Shown in pieces: positions 1 through 10,000 of a stretch of DNA of 64,000 bases. The stretch is from the NCBI GenBank assembly GCA_016235455.1, contig JACRKZ010000051.1:28452-92451 (forward strand). Reading direction: 5' to 3'. Position 1 is the first letter of the stretch, and each line of letters begins with the position of its first letter. Position numbers and translations under genes: made by a program. Below the pieces are notes generated by a model. The model searched no databases, was not told where the DNA came from, and saw nothing but the letters and a program-made list of their open reading frames with translations. The stretch comes from Armatimonadota bacterium. GTDB taxonomy: Bacteria; Armatimonadota; UBA10988.

Positions 1-1
1 G

Positions 2-2662
2 CTGCGCATCCCCGGTGGCCCGGCCGTCAACGTCCAGGGACACCAGACCTACCGATTCGGCTACTGGCTTCGGGCCGTGGGGACGGTCCCCGGCGAGTAC
101 GGCCTGGTCTCGCTGGTCGAGGTCCACTGGCTCGACGCCGACAGGAAGCTCATCGCCTATGAGCACTACAACCTCGTCGCCGCGGACACGGATTGGAAGG
201 AGCTGGCGCTGGTCCTCGCCGCGCCGGCTGGCGCGCGGGGCTTCGAGGCCACGATCAGCTTCAACTCCACCCGGGGCGCTCTCTATATCGATGATGTGGC
301 GTTCGTCGCGACGCAACCGGTCATCGTGGACTCAGCGCAGGCCTCGGCCGGTGGCGCGCCGGTCAGGCTGGGAGTCGACCCGGCGCGGTCGCGTCGTTTC
401 GACTTCACCCCGGACGCCTCGGTGGCCTGGCCTGGCTTCACCCCGATCACGGCCCAGAACGCCTACAACAGGGAGGCTGGGTTCGGATGGCTGGCCGGGG
501 TACACCCACCGACTCTGCTGCGCCACGTCCCGGACGCGATGGCGCGAGGGCTGGTCCTGCCGGCCGCTGGGAGCCGTCTGGCCGTCGACCTGCCCGACGG
601 CGACTACGCCGCCTGGTTCCTGATCGGCGACAGCGCGACCGAGGGCACCATCCTCCCGGCCTATGTGGACTGGAGCATCGCCATCGACGGACGTGAGGTG
701 CTGACCTACCGCCCGTCGGCTGCGGCGTGGTACCGCGAGGTCATGTTCCGGAATATGGACGACTGGTGGGCGCCTGGCGTGGACACCTACGACCGGTTCG
801 TGGCGCCGCGCTTCGAGGAGAGGCGCGCTGCGTTCACCGTCCGCGGCGGACAGGCGACCTTCGAGTTTGGCCGGGTCCCGCTCTGCGCCATGGCTCTCTT
901 CGCCGCCGACGCGGGCTTGGAGGCCGAGGAGGAGTTGGCCCAACTCCGCCGTGCCCGCAAGCGGGCGGTGACCGTGACGCTGGACCAGCCGACCAAAGAG
1001 ACGGCCGCCGGGCTCGCCGCTGCCGACCGCAAACGCGGCTATGCCTTGTTCGCCCGCGACACGGGCGAGGTGGTGCTGCCAGGCAGCGCCCCGCGCGCGG
1101 GCGAGGCCATCGCGTCATGGTCGGGGTTCGCCGCGCCGGGCCAGTACGTCTCCTTCAGGGTCAGTCTCTACCCGCTGCAGGATGTCGGTTCGGTGGCCGC
1201 GACGCTGTCCGGTCTGGCCGGGCCGGGTGGCGCACGTATTCCCGTGGCGCCCGGCGACGTGGGCGTAGTGCGCTACATGGAACGCCCGCTGAGCACAACG
1301 GAGTACCGCTACACGGTGGCCCCAGTGGCCGTCCAGCCGCGAAACCCGATGCCTGTTCCCGCTGGAGTCACGACAAGCTGGGTGGTGCGCCTGGCCGTGC
1401 CGGCAGGCGCCGCGCCGGGGCTGTACCGCGGTGCCCTACGCCTGGCTCCGGCATCGGGCCAGCCGACGCAGCTCCCAGTGACCTTGCGCGTGGTGCCGAT
1501 CCGTCTGGGCCCAACTCCCATCCCGGCCGGCTTCTACCATCTGGACAACGTCTTCTGGTACCACGCCTTCTGGATCAAGAGCTTTGGCACCGACCCTTGG
1601 TTGCGCGAGCAGGCCGTTGTTAGCGAGCGACGGCGCCTGGCTTTGCTGCGTGAGTACGGCGTCAGTAGCCTCGCGTTCTGCGATGATGGCCGCACGGATT
1701 TGCGTGTGCACGCCGACGGCGCGGTCGATTCAGTTGGGGATCAGTCGTTCGTGCAGTGGATGGACCTGTACCGGGATGCGGGTATGGGGCCGATGCCGTG
1801 GTACGGCTTCAGTGGGCTCGGTGTCGACTACCTCGACCGCGGCGTCTACGGCGCCAAGCTGCCCCAGTTCTCACCTGCCTGGGACCGCGCCTACCGCGCC
1901 ATCATCGACTGGGCCAAGGCCACCGAGAAGGCGCGCGGCTGGCCAGAGCTCATCATGTATCTGTCAGACGAACTCTCCAATGAGAAAGCGGCTGGCGCGG
2001 AGAAGGGCCGGCAGTTGGTTCAGCGCACCAAGGACATCCCCGGCATCCGGACGGTCGCGTCACTGAATGGGTCGTGGGAGAAGGTGATGCTGCCGGGACT
2101 GAAGTTGGCCATGCCCAACCATGCCTTCCCAATCACACGCGAGACGCTGGCGGAGATCGCGGCGGCCGGTTGTGAGCTGTGGCTCTACAACATCGGCGAC
2201 AGCCGCGTTACCTGGGGCCTGTACCCATGGCGGGTCGGCGCGCGCGGGCGGTTCCAATGGGCGACCGGCGAGTATACGGCGCCGTGGAACCCGTTCGACG
2301 CGGACAGCGGCTACTGCATGACGCGAACGACTCTTGACGCCCCGCTGCCGACGCTTGAGCTGATCGCTCTGCGCGAGGGCATCGACGACCTGCGCTACCT
2401 GGTGGCGACCGAGACGGCCATTGCGGCGGCCAGGCGTTCTGGCAGGCCGCGGGCCATCGCCAGGGCCGACGCGGCGCAGCGGGAACTGGACCGCATACGC
2501 GCGTCGCTGCCTGAAGACGCGCGCCTGCTGATCGGCGCCGCGGACGCCACGGCAGACGGCGGAACGGCCAACGGCGAGTTTGCCACGGGCCGCCGGCTGG
2601 ACAGTCTGCGCTGGCTTCTGGCCAGTCACACGCTCATGATCCAGGATGCGTTGGCCCCTTGA
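2..2662 (+). CDS. 5'-partial glycoside hydrolase-like protein (CBM-like N-terminus; GH123/DUF4091-like C-terminus)
   Basis: Frame is open from base 2 (LRIPGGPAVNVQGHQTYRFGYWLRAV...). Has 'GAAPGLYRGALRL', 'YLSDE' and 'PTLELIALREGIDDLRYL' motifs typical of the DUF4091/GH123-like family. Confidence 0.65.
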   Translation: MRIPGGPAVNVQGHQTYRFGYWLRAVGTVPGEYGLVSLVEVHWLDADRKLIAYEHYNLVAADTDWKELALVLAAPAGARGFEATISFNSTRGALYIDDVAFVATQPVIVDSAQASAGGAPVRLGVDPARSRRFDFTPDASVAWPGFTPITAQNAYNREAGFGWLAGVHPPTLLRHVPDAMARGLVLPAAGSRLAVDLPDGDYAAWFLIGDSATEGTILPAYVDWSIAIDGREVLTYRPSAAAWYREVMFRNMDDWWAPGVDTYDRFVAPRFEERRAAFTVRGGQATFEFGRVPLCAMALFAADAGLEAEEELAQLRRARKRAVTVTLDQPTKETAAGLAAADRKRGYALFARDTGEVVLPGSAPRAGEAIASWSGFAAPGQYVSFRVSLYPLQDVGSVAATLSGLAGPGGARIPVAPGDVGVVRYMERPLSTTEYRYTVAPVAVQPRNPMPVPAGVTTSWVVRLAVPAGAAPGLYRGALRLAPASGQPTQLPVTLRVVPIRLGPTPIPAGFYHLDNVFWYHAFWIKSFGTDPWLREQAVVSERRRLALLREYGVSSLAFCDDGRTDLRVHADGAVDSVGDQSFVQWMDLYRDAGMGPMPWYGFSGLGVDYLDRGVYGAKLPQFSPAWDRAYRAIIDWAKATEKARGWPELIMYLSDELSNEKAAGAEKGRQLVQRTKDIPGIRTVASLNGSWEKVMLPGLKLAMPNHAFPITRETLAEIAAAGCELWLYNIGDSRVTWGLYPWRVGARGRFQWATGEYTAPWNPFDADSGYCMTRTTLDAPLPTLELIALREGIDDLRYLVATETAIAAARRSGRPRAIARADAAQRELDRIRASLPEDARLLIGAADATADGGTANGEFATGRRLDSLRWLLASHTLMIQDALAP

Positions 2663-2717
2663 CCATGTCCCCATCTGCGTTGTACACCACGGCCGTGGCG
2701 GCCGCCAGTCGCGCGTG

Positions 2718-5255
2718 TCAGGCTGGTGGCGGCGCGGCCGTGGGCCGCATGTAGAGCAGCTCACCCAGCCAACTGGCGCCCACGACGCCCAGGTCGTCGA
2801 CGCACAGCGGCGCGAAGCTGCCTGGCAGGCGCTGGCAACAGACCGGCCGGCCGGCGCTGGACTCGTAGCGCAGCAGCCAGCGGTCGGCGCCGTACCAGCG
2901 CCCCGGCGGGTCGGTCGAAGCGACGGGATCGAGTCTGGGGCCCTCGGGTACGGGCACGCTGTAATGCGGCGACCGGGGCGCGGGCACCGGTGGGCCGCCG
3001 AAGGGCTCCCGTCGCAGCATGGCGCCAGTGCGCCGGTCAAGGGCCAGGCGCTCGCCGGGCAGCGAGACCACCACCGACCCACCAGCCAGTGCCACCGCGA
3101 CGGCTTGACCAGGCATCGTCCACGCGTCCTCGTCGCGGGCGCCTGGCAGTAGCACCTGCCAGCGCACCCGGCCATCGGTGCGGGCCAGGGCGACCAGCGC
3201 GCAGCCGCCGGCGGGTGCCATGCCGAGGACGAAGAGGCCCGTGGCGTCCATGGCGACGTCACGGTGCGGCCCACCGTAGCCAGCCGGTCGCTTGACCAGC
3301 GGCGCCGTCCGCCACACCTGCTCGTAGCGCGGGTGCCGCACGACCTCCAGCCGCTCACGTGCCGCGGCGAGGACAGCACGGGCCTCGGCCTGCTGCGGGC
3401 CGCGCGCGGCGGCCACGGGTGCGAGCAGCGACTCGGCCTCGCCAAACCACTCGTGCTCGAACAGAGCGCGGCCGTACCTCGCGCACACCAAGTTGGCCGC
3501 GCGCGTGCCGGGGTATTTGCGCGCGAGGCGGGCGCACTCGGCCACGGTGCGAGCGTTGGCGCTCACGTAGCCAGTGAACCGCTCCATGACCTTCCACAGC
3601 GGCCAGGTGGCCAACGGCAGCCCTTCGTTGATCAACTCGCAGGCCTCGTCGTTGCTGATGTCGGTATGCTGCTGGCAGACGCACAGGCCCGACTGCTCGC
3701 CAAACAGCAGTCGGTGCGGCCGGCCGGGCTTGGAGGCTAGCAGCGTCGGCGTGCCGGGGCCGAGCAACGGGCGCATAAGGCCGAGGAGTGCCGCGGCGCG
3801 GCTGCCGGCCGCCGACAGCAGGGGCTCCCAGTCGGCCGGCGCATGGCTGTCCTCGGCGCGGCGCAGGGCCAGGACCGTCTGGTGCGTGGTCCAGCCTGGC
3901 AGCAACTCGAGGCAGCGACGCGCGACGTCGAGCCGTGCGTGCCGGTTGCCTATCTGCCGATCCGCCCGCGCCCGCCACGACTCCGCGCTGTCGTAGGGCG
4001 CAGGCCTGGTCGCGGCCTGGATGTCGAAGCGGTCCGCGGAGTCGTAGTCGCCGGCCCGGTCGGCCAGATCAGCCGCGGCGCGCAGACCGTAACCGCTGGC
4101 CGCGTAGGTCTGCGCCAGCCGCCGCAGCGCCGCCTCCGCCTCCTGGCCCGAGCTCAGGTGCGCCAGCCGGTCGAGAGCTGCGGGAGCTGCCTCGCAATGG
4201 CCATACCGCGCGACGAACTGCTCGCACGCCGCTTGGGCAGGCTCGCCATGGCCGTTCGTGGCCAGCCACAGCCGCGCCGCCTCCGGTTCGCGCTCCGCCA
4301 ACCAATGCACCGGCTCGCCCGCGGCATCGGGATAGCGGCGGCAGAAATCCAGGTAGCCAGCGGTGTCGCCACTTGCCAACAGCTCGGTGGCCACCTCCCC
4401 GGCGGCACGCTCATAGGCCTCCTTGGCCGTCTCCGCACCGATGTCGGAGCGCTGTTGCCGCAGCCAGGCCACCGCTCGCGGATGCGACTCCAGCGCGGGA
4501 TCCCAGGCGAGGAACGGCGCGATCCACTTGCCGCGGCTGGTGCCTGTGAGCACCGACGGCTCAGTCGAGGCCTGATGGAACACGCTGGCTGCCGCGATCT
4601 GGCCGATCAGGCTGCGCGGGTAGTCCTCGGCGATGGCGCGTAGTGCCGCCAGGTCATCGCTGGGCCCGGTCCGGCCTTCGGGGTGGCAACCGACCCAGTC
4701 GTCCTTCGGGATGGCTGCCAGCAGGCGTGCCGCGGGCAGGCTGTCGCTGCGCGGGCATTGGGCGGCCAGCCGTCGGTCCGTGTCGGCCGCGCGCGGCGCG
4801 GCCAGCAGCGCACGCGCGCGGCGGTTCTGCCGCTCGATCTCCTCGGCGTCGCTCAGGCCAGGACGTGGCTCGGTGGCGGCCAGCCACGCGGTATGGGTGA
4901 GCCCATCGGGTTGGTCGGGCTCGGCCGCGCGTTCGAGCGACCACCGACGCCATCGGGCCGCTTGGCCTTCGCGACAACCGTCCATCTCGTCGCACGCCGC
5001 GTAGGCCGCCAGCGCGCCTTGGATGTCGCCCGCGCGTTCCAGCGCGCAGCCGATGAGCGCCTGCGCCTTGACCTCCACCAGCGTGCCGGCGCACTCGCGC
5101 TGCAGCACGCGCAGCCGCGCCACGGCGCTCTGGGCATGGCCGGTGGCGATTTCGACGACGGCGGTGGTCAGCACCTGCGACTGACGCGGCGTCAGCGCCG
5201 GCTCGGCGCAGGCCATCGTGGCGGCCCACAGCAGACAGAACCAGGCGTGTTTCAT
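2718..5255 (-). CDS. Secreted TPR-like + PQQ-type beta-propeller protein; paralog of the C-terminal part of the DUF3160 fusions
   Basis: Signal peptide MKHAWFCLLWAATMACA; ATGA overlap with upstream stop at 5252-5254; 'ARYG/RYP' TPR-type turns; 'LVALARTDGRVRWQ' and 'LALDRRTG' PQQ-like repeats. Confidence 0.75.
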   Translation of the reverse strand: MKHAWFCLLWAATMACAEPALTPRQSQVLTTAVVEIATGHAQSAVARLRVLQRECAGTLVEVKAQALIGCALERAGDIQGALAAYAACDEMDGCREGQAARWRRWSLERAAEPDQPDGLTHTAWLAATEPRPGLSDAEEIERQNRRARALLAAPRAADTDRRLAAQCPRSDSLPAARLLAAIPKDDWVGCHPEGRTGPSDDLAALRAIAEDYPRSLIGQIAAASVFHQASTEPSVLTGTSRGKWIAPFLAWDPALESHPRAVAWLRQQRSDIGAETAKEAYERAAGEVATELLASGDTAGYLDFCRRYPDAAGEPVHWLAEREPEAARLWLATNGHGEPAQAACEQFVARYGHCEAAPAALDRLAHLSSGQEAEAALRRLAQTYAASGYGLRAAADLADRAGDYDSADRFDIQAATRPAPYDSAESWRARADRQIGNRHARLDVARRCLELLPGWTTHQTVLALRRAEDSHAPADWEPLLSAAGSRAAALLGLMRPLLGPGTPTLLASKPGRPHRLLFGEQSGLCVCQQHTDISNDEACELINEGLPLATWPLWKVMERFTGYVSANARTVAECARLARKYPGTRAANLVCARYGRALFEHEWFGEAESLLAPVAAARGPQQAEARAVLAAARERLEVVRHPRYEQVWRTAPLVKRPAGYGGPHRDVAMDATGLFVLGMAPAGGCALVALARTDGRVRWQVLLPGARDEDAWTMPGQAVAVALAGGSVVVSLPGERLALDRRTGAMLRREPFGGPPVPAPRSPHYSVPVPEGPRLDPVASTDPPGRWYGADRWLLRYESSAGRPVCCQRLPGSFAPLCVDDLGVVGASWLGELLYMRPTAAPPPA

Positions 5256-7066
5256 CGCGCTGCCTCCAGCGGTCGCGCGGCATGGATCCACGGCCCATAC
5301 TGCCGGTCGCCCGCGCGGTACAACACGCGGGGTTCGTCGGGCGCCGAGGCCTCGGCGACGATCACCTCGTCGCCCCTAATCGTCGTCAGCCAGCGTCCAT
5401 CGGGCGAGGCCAGCGCCGGCTGCCAGTCGTCGTGGTCGGAACCGAGCGCTATCATCGGGCTTTCCGCTGGCGCGGTCGGCGCAAGCGGCGGAGCCCTGAC
5501 CACACCCGGGATCGGCAGGCGGCCGGGCACCGGACGGTCGGACATGCCGACCAGCAGCGTGAGGCTCAGGCCGTCGGCGCTGACCGACAGGCCGTGGGGC
5601 GAGGAGAGCGGGCCACTCAGCGCGTCGACGCGCCCGTCGGGCCAGAGATGGACCACGCGCGCCTCGCCTTGCAGCCGCAGCGACGGCTGGTCGGTGACCA
5701 CCAGCAGCCAGCCGTCACGGCAGGGCCGGCCGTCCCACACCGCGCCGAAGCCGGGCCCGGGCAGGGAGCGCACGTGGCCATCGAGCTCCAGCACCGCGGC
5801 CTGCGGCCAGCGGTCGGCGCCCAGCAGCAGCAGGCCGCGGCTGTCCGGCTGCCAGGAGACAGCCCACGGCCGGTCCACCGGCGGCTCGAAGCTGCTCACC
5901 ACACGCCCGCCACGGTCGATCACGCGCTGATCGAGCAGGAGCCCCGACCCATCGGGTAGCCAGGTCACATGGCGCCCCACGCGGCCCAGCAGGCGTGCTC
6001 GGCCGCCGGTCCGTGGCACCAGCGCCAGTTCGCCGCCCAGCAGGCCGGCCAGCGTTTGGCCATCGGGCGACCAGGCCAAACGGCCGGGACCCGACCGCCA
6101 GCCGGGCGCGGCCACGCGCGTCTGGCCGCTGGCGGTGTCCATCAGCGTCAGGCCGGCGGCTGTCCAGCAGGCCAACGTGGCGCCATCGGGCGACTCCGTG
6201 ACGTAGGGGCTCGTCACCGTGACCGAGGCCTGGTCGCGCCCCGAGTCGAGCTGGAGTCGGTGCAAGGTGTTGACTGCCTCGCCATGCACGACGTACCACA
6301 GCGCGGCGCCATCCGCGGACCACACCGGCCCGGCCAGATCGGCGCCGCCCGTCTGCCGCGCCACCTCGCGTTGCCCCTGGCCGTCGCGCCGAACGAGCAC
6401 GATGACCGGCTGATGCTTGTCTGCGCTGACCACGCAGGCCACCCAGCGACCATCGGGCGAGCCGGCTGGCCCCGGCTGCCATGGGTCTTCGTCGCCTGGC
6501 CGCGTGGCTGCTCGCGCCCATCCGGCCAACGTGCGGTTGTCCTGCCAGCCGAGGCCGAGCGCCGGCGCCCATTGGCGGAGCGTGCGCTCGTTGCCCTGCC
6601 AATCGCGCCAGAGCAGCCGGTGTCGCCAGTCGGCCTGCTCCTCGCCAATCACCAATTCATGGGCCAGGCCAAACGTGCCGGCGCCATCGTCGGCCGGGTC
6701 GACCCGCTCCTCGTCACGCGCGCCATGCGGGAAGCTCCGCGCGGGCCGGACGCCCTGGTTCTCTGCCAGCGCCGGCAACAGCTCCGGCCGGTAACGTGTC
6801 ACGTCGACCTGGGCTGTGGTCTGACCGGCGGCCAGCGTCACGAAGCGTGGCAGATGACCCGCCGCCGTGACCTCCAGCACGACCCCTGCGCCGTTGGGCG
6901 CGTCGACCGCGCAGGGCGTGATGCCGGCGGTGTGCATCGCCGGCGAGTCGGCGCGGCTCCAGCGCACGCGCGCGCCGGCCGGCCGCGAGGTTACCGAGCA
7001 GGGCGTCGCCGCGGCCACGCGCCAGGTCAGACAGCACAGCGCGATGCCCAGCCAGCGTCGACTCAT
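5252..7066 (-). CDS. Secreted PEGA-domain + TolB/PD40-like beta-propeller protein
   Basis: Start MSRRWLGIALCC (ATGA overlap at 7063-7066); 'SVTSRPAGARV' PEGA-like start; repeated 'WSPDG/SPDGRW/WLPDGS' blades. Confidence 0.8.
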   Translation of the reverse strand: MSRRWLGIALCCLTWRVAAATPCSVTSRPAGARVRWSRADSPAMHTAGITPCAVDAPNGAGVVLEVTAAGHLPRFVTLAAGQTTAQVDVTRYRPELLPALAENQGVRPARSFPHGARDEERVDPADDGAGTFGLAHELVIGEEQADWRHRLLWRDWQGNERTLRQWAPALGLGWQDNRTLAGWARAATRPGDEDPWQPGPAGSPDGRWVACVVSADKHQPVIVLVRRDGQGQREVARQTGGADLAGPVWSADGAALWYVVHGEAVNTLHRLQLDSGRDQASVTVTSPYVTESPDGATLACWTAAGLTLMDTASGQTRVAAPGWRSGPGRLAWSPDGQTLAGLLGGELALVPRTGGRARLLGRVGRHVTWLPDGSGLLLDQRVIDRGGRVVSSFEPPVDRPWAVSWQPDSRGLLLLGADRWPQAAVLELDGHVRSLPGPGFGAVWDGRPCRDGWLLVVTDQPSLRLQGEARVVHLWPDGRVDALSGPLSSPHGLSVSADGLSLTLLVGMSDRPVPGRLPIPGVVRAPPLAPTAPAESPMIALGSDHDDWQPALASPDGRWLTTIRGDEVIVAEASAPDEPRVLYRAGDRQYGPWIHAARPLEAAR

Positions 7067-10000
7067 GGCCTCGGCTCCTTGTCGCCGGCCGCCCGGAAGC
7101 AGACCAGCGCGCCGTCGTCGCTCCAGGCCAGCACGCCTTGCTCGTCGGCAATCTCGCCGTCGTACTCGGGCGGCAGCCGCAACAGCGGCACTCGGCGGCC
7201 GGTGCCGGGCTCGATGTGGTCCACATCGCGCCGGCTGATCACCCACGCGTTGCCGGCCGGTGCGTTGGGGCGTTCGGCTTCGTCGAGGTAGCCGTTCTCG
7301 TGCCTTGGACGCGACAGCGTGCCCGTGGCCATGTCGATGGCCTGCCAGATGGTGTTGCCCTCGCTGTCGGAGTAGCGGATGATCCGTTGGCCCTTGGGGT
7401 GGTACGACAGCTCGGGGCCATGGCGCGCCGATTCGACCAGCCACAGCGGCGTGCGCCAGAGCCGCCGGCCGGTGCTCAGGGCGTAGGCCGACAATGTGCC
7501 CTTCTCCTGGTCGTGGTCGTAGTCCATGACCAGCACCCGGTCGCCGACGAAGCTGCGTTCCATCGGATGGCTGGTGGTGATCTCCCAGCCCGGCCGGCCG
7601 GATGCGCGGGCCAGCATTCGGTACTCGTCGAGCCCGATCAGGAACAGGTCGCCCCGGATCACGATGTCGGGGTTGGCTTCCTTGGACAGCTTCAGCGGCT
7701 CGCTATGCAAGGCGCGGCCCGAGACGCGGTCGAGCAGTGCCAGTTCCTGTCGGGAGACGAGGCACACGACATCGCCAGCGATCTCCAGGCGCGGCTGCTG
7801 AGCAGGCCGATGCCAGCGCGTGCGGCCCGTGGCGCGGTCGAGGGCGACGACGGACTCCACGCCCGCCAGATCGACGTACGACGCGATGACCAGGTCGCCA
7901 CTGGCCTGGAGCGCGGGCTTGTCCTGGCCGAACACGCTGTCCAGCTCGACGCGCCAGGCCTCGCGCAGCCTCGGCTCGCGGCGCACCGCGAGCCGCTCTC
8001 GGGCTTCGGCGAGCAGCGCCTGAGCGCGCGGCTGGAAGGGGCCGGCCTCGTCGACCAAGGGCGTCACGGCGGCAATGGCCTGCTCCAGCCAGCCGACGAG
8101 GAGCGGCCCGCGGGCCCGCTCGATCCGCAGCAGCGCGTAGCTGGGCCGACCGGCCGGCGTAGCCAGCAGAGCGTCCAGCCAGGGCGCGTCGTTGTGATCG
8201 AGGTCCTGGGCAAGCTCGGCGACGGCCTCCTCGTAGCCCGGGCCAGGCCCAGCGTCGATGCGCTTGGCGAGCACTTCCAGATCGCTGGGCTCGCGATGCG
8301 ACCGGGCTGCCTTCTGGCCGACCCATGGGGGTAGCGCGGCCAACAGCTTCTCGGCCTGAGGCCCGGCCGCGGCCAGCAGGGCGTCGAGCCCGTTGGGATC
8401 GTCCGCCTGCTCAACGCAGCGGACCAGTTCCAGGCAGATCCGCCGCGAGTCCCAGCCCGGCAGGAACGGCTGGGCGTCATGCACCGCCACGCGGAGCGGC
8501 TCGACGCCCTGCATCCAGGTGTCCTCGGCCAACGGCGACCGCGGCGCGGCGGACGCCCAGGGGCCTTCTGGCCGCGCCGCCGCCCGTCGCCACAGGCCGA
8601 TGCCGCGGTCGAGGTCGCCGCCGATGCAGGCCAGCAGCGCCGCCGCGCGCAGGCCGTCGCGCGTGTCGGGGTAGTCGCGGGCCAACTGCGTGAGCAGCGC
8701 CCGGTCGAGGCCCCAGCCGACCAGGCTGCACCGCATCAGCCCCATCGCGTTCATCTTGCCGCCGATCAGGCGGGCCAAGGCCAACGGTGCCAGCGCCGAC
8801 CGCGGATGCTCGGACAGCAGCCGGCGCAGCGCCGGCTCGGGGTCGGCCTGTTCCTCGCGGGCGGCGCTCCACAACGCCATCACCTCGGGCTCGTGGTCCA
8901 CCACCCAGCGCTGGAGCGGGTCCTGCTGGGCCTTCGGCCCGAATCGCGCGCGCAGCCTTCGGTACAAAGCGGCATCGCCCCGAGCGAAGGCGGCGCGCAG
9001 CAGGCACGATGCGGACAGGTCGATCCAGCGTTGGGCGGGAGCCATGCCAGGGGTGATCTGGTAGCGTTCGGCCAGCCAGGCCGCCGCCTGGGGCTGCGGC
9101 TCGGCCTGGCGCGCGACGCCCAGGTACGGCAGCACGCGATCCAGCGCGGCCTGTGGATCCAGGTTGGCCAGGGTGTCGGCCGCAACTACCGCGGCCAGCT
9201 CGGCCAGCAGGCTGCCGGCGTTGTCGCGTTGGCTCTGGGTCAGGTCAGCCAGCGGCCGGGTCCAGTGGTCGTCGTCCCGGTAACCCGGCTCGTTCGCCCA
9301 CGGCGGGACCCAGCGGGCTGCCGCCGCGGCCAGACGCATCGCCGGCAGCAGGCGGCTGCGCGGGCATTCGGCCTCAAGCCGTGGAAGATCCACGTAGCCG
9401 CCCTCCAGGACCACCATCAGCCGGGCCCGCGTGTCCTGGCGGTCGAGTTCCTGCTCGGGCGTGAGGCCCGGCTTGGGGTCGGTGGCCGCCAGCTTTGCTT
9501 TGAGCTGCCGCTCCTGGCGGTCCTGCTCCGCTCGCCAGCGGCCCATGGCGCCGCCGCACTGCCTGGCCCGGTCCAACGCCTCGTCGGCCGCCTGGCAGCC
9601 ATACATCGTGTCGCAGGCCATATACGCGTCGCGCGCCGCGCGCAGGTCGCCCAGGCGCTCACAGGCCCGGCCGATGAGGATCTGCGCCTCTACCTCGACT
9701 TCGGTGCCGGCCACGCTCGGCTGGAAGGCGCGCAGACGGTCGATGGCGGCCTGTGCGCGGCCGGCGACCAGATCGAGCTCGGCCGTCGCCAGCACCGTCC
9801 GTGCGGTTGGCCCGGCGCTGTCGGCGAGGAGCACAAAGGTGCTGGTCCAGGCTGGCGGCCTCGGGCGCGAGTGCGCCGCGTTCAGGCGGGCGTGCCACTC
9901 GTCAGCGGTGACGTCGCGTCGGCCGGGCTCGACGAACTCGTGGTAGCTGCCGACCGCGCCGACCGCCGCGAACGGCGGCAGGCCAGGCAGCTCGAACTGC

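Noticed and set aside
7067-7444. Upstream extensions of ORF-track starts (also 24709-25056, 49244-49480, 50799-51206, 60080-60331, 62089-62217)
   Set aside because: They overlap neighbouring genes or the riboswitch; downstream starts have an SD, a signal peptide or coupling overlaps.
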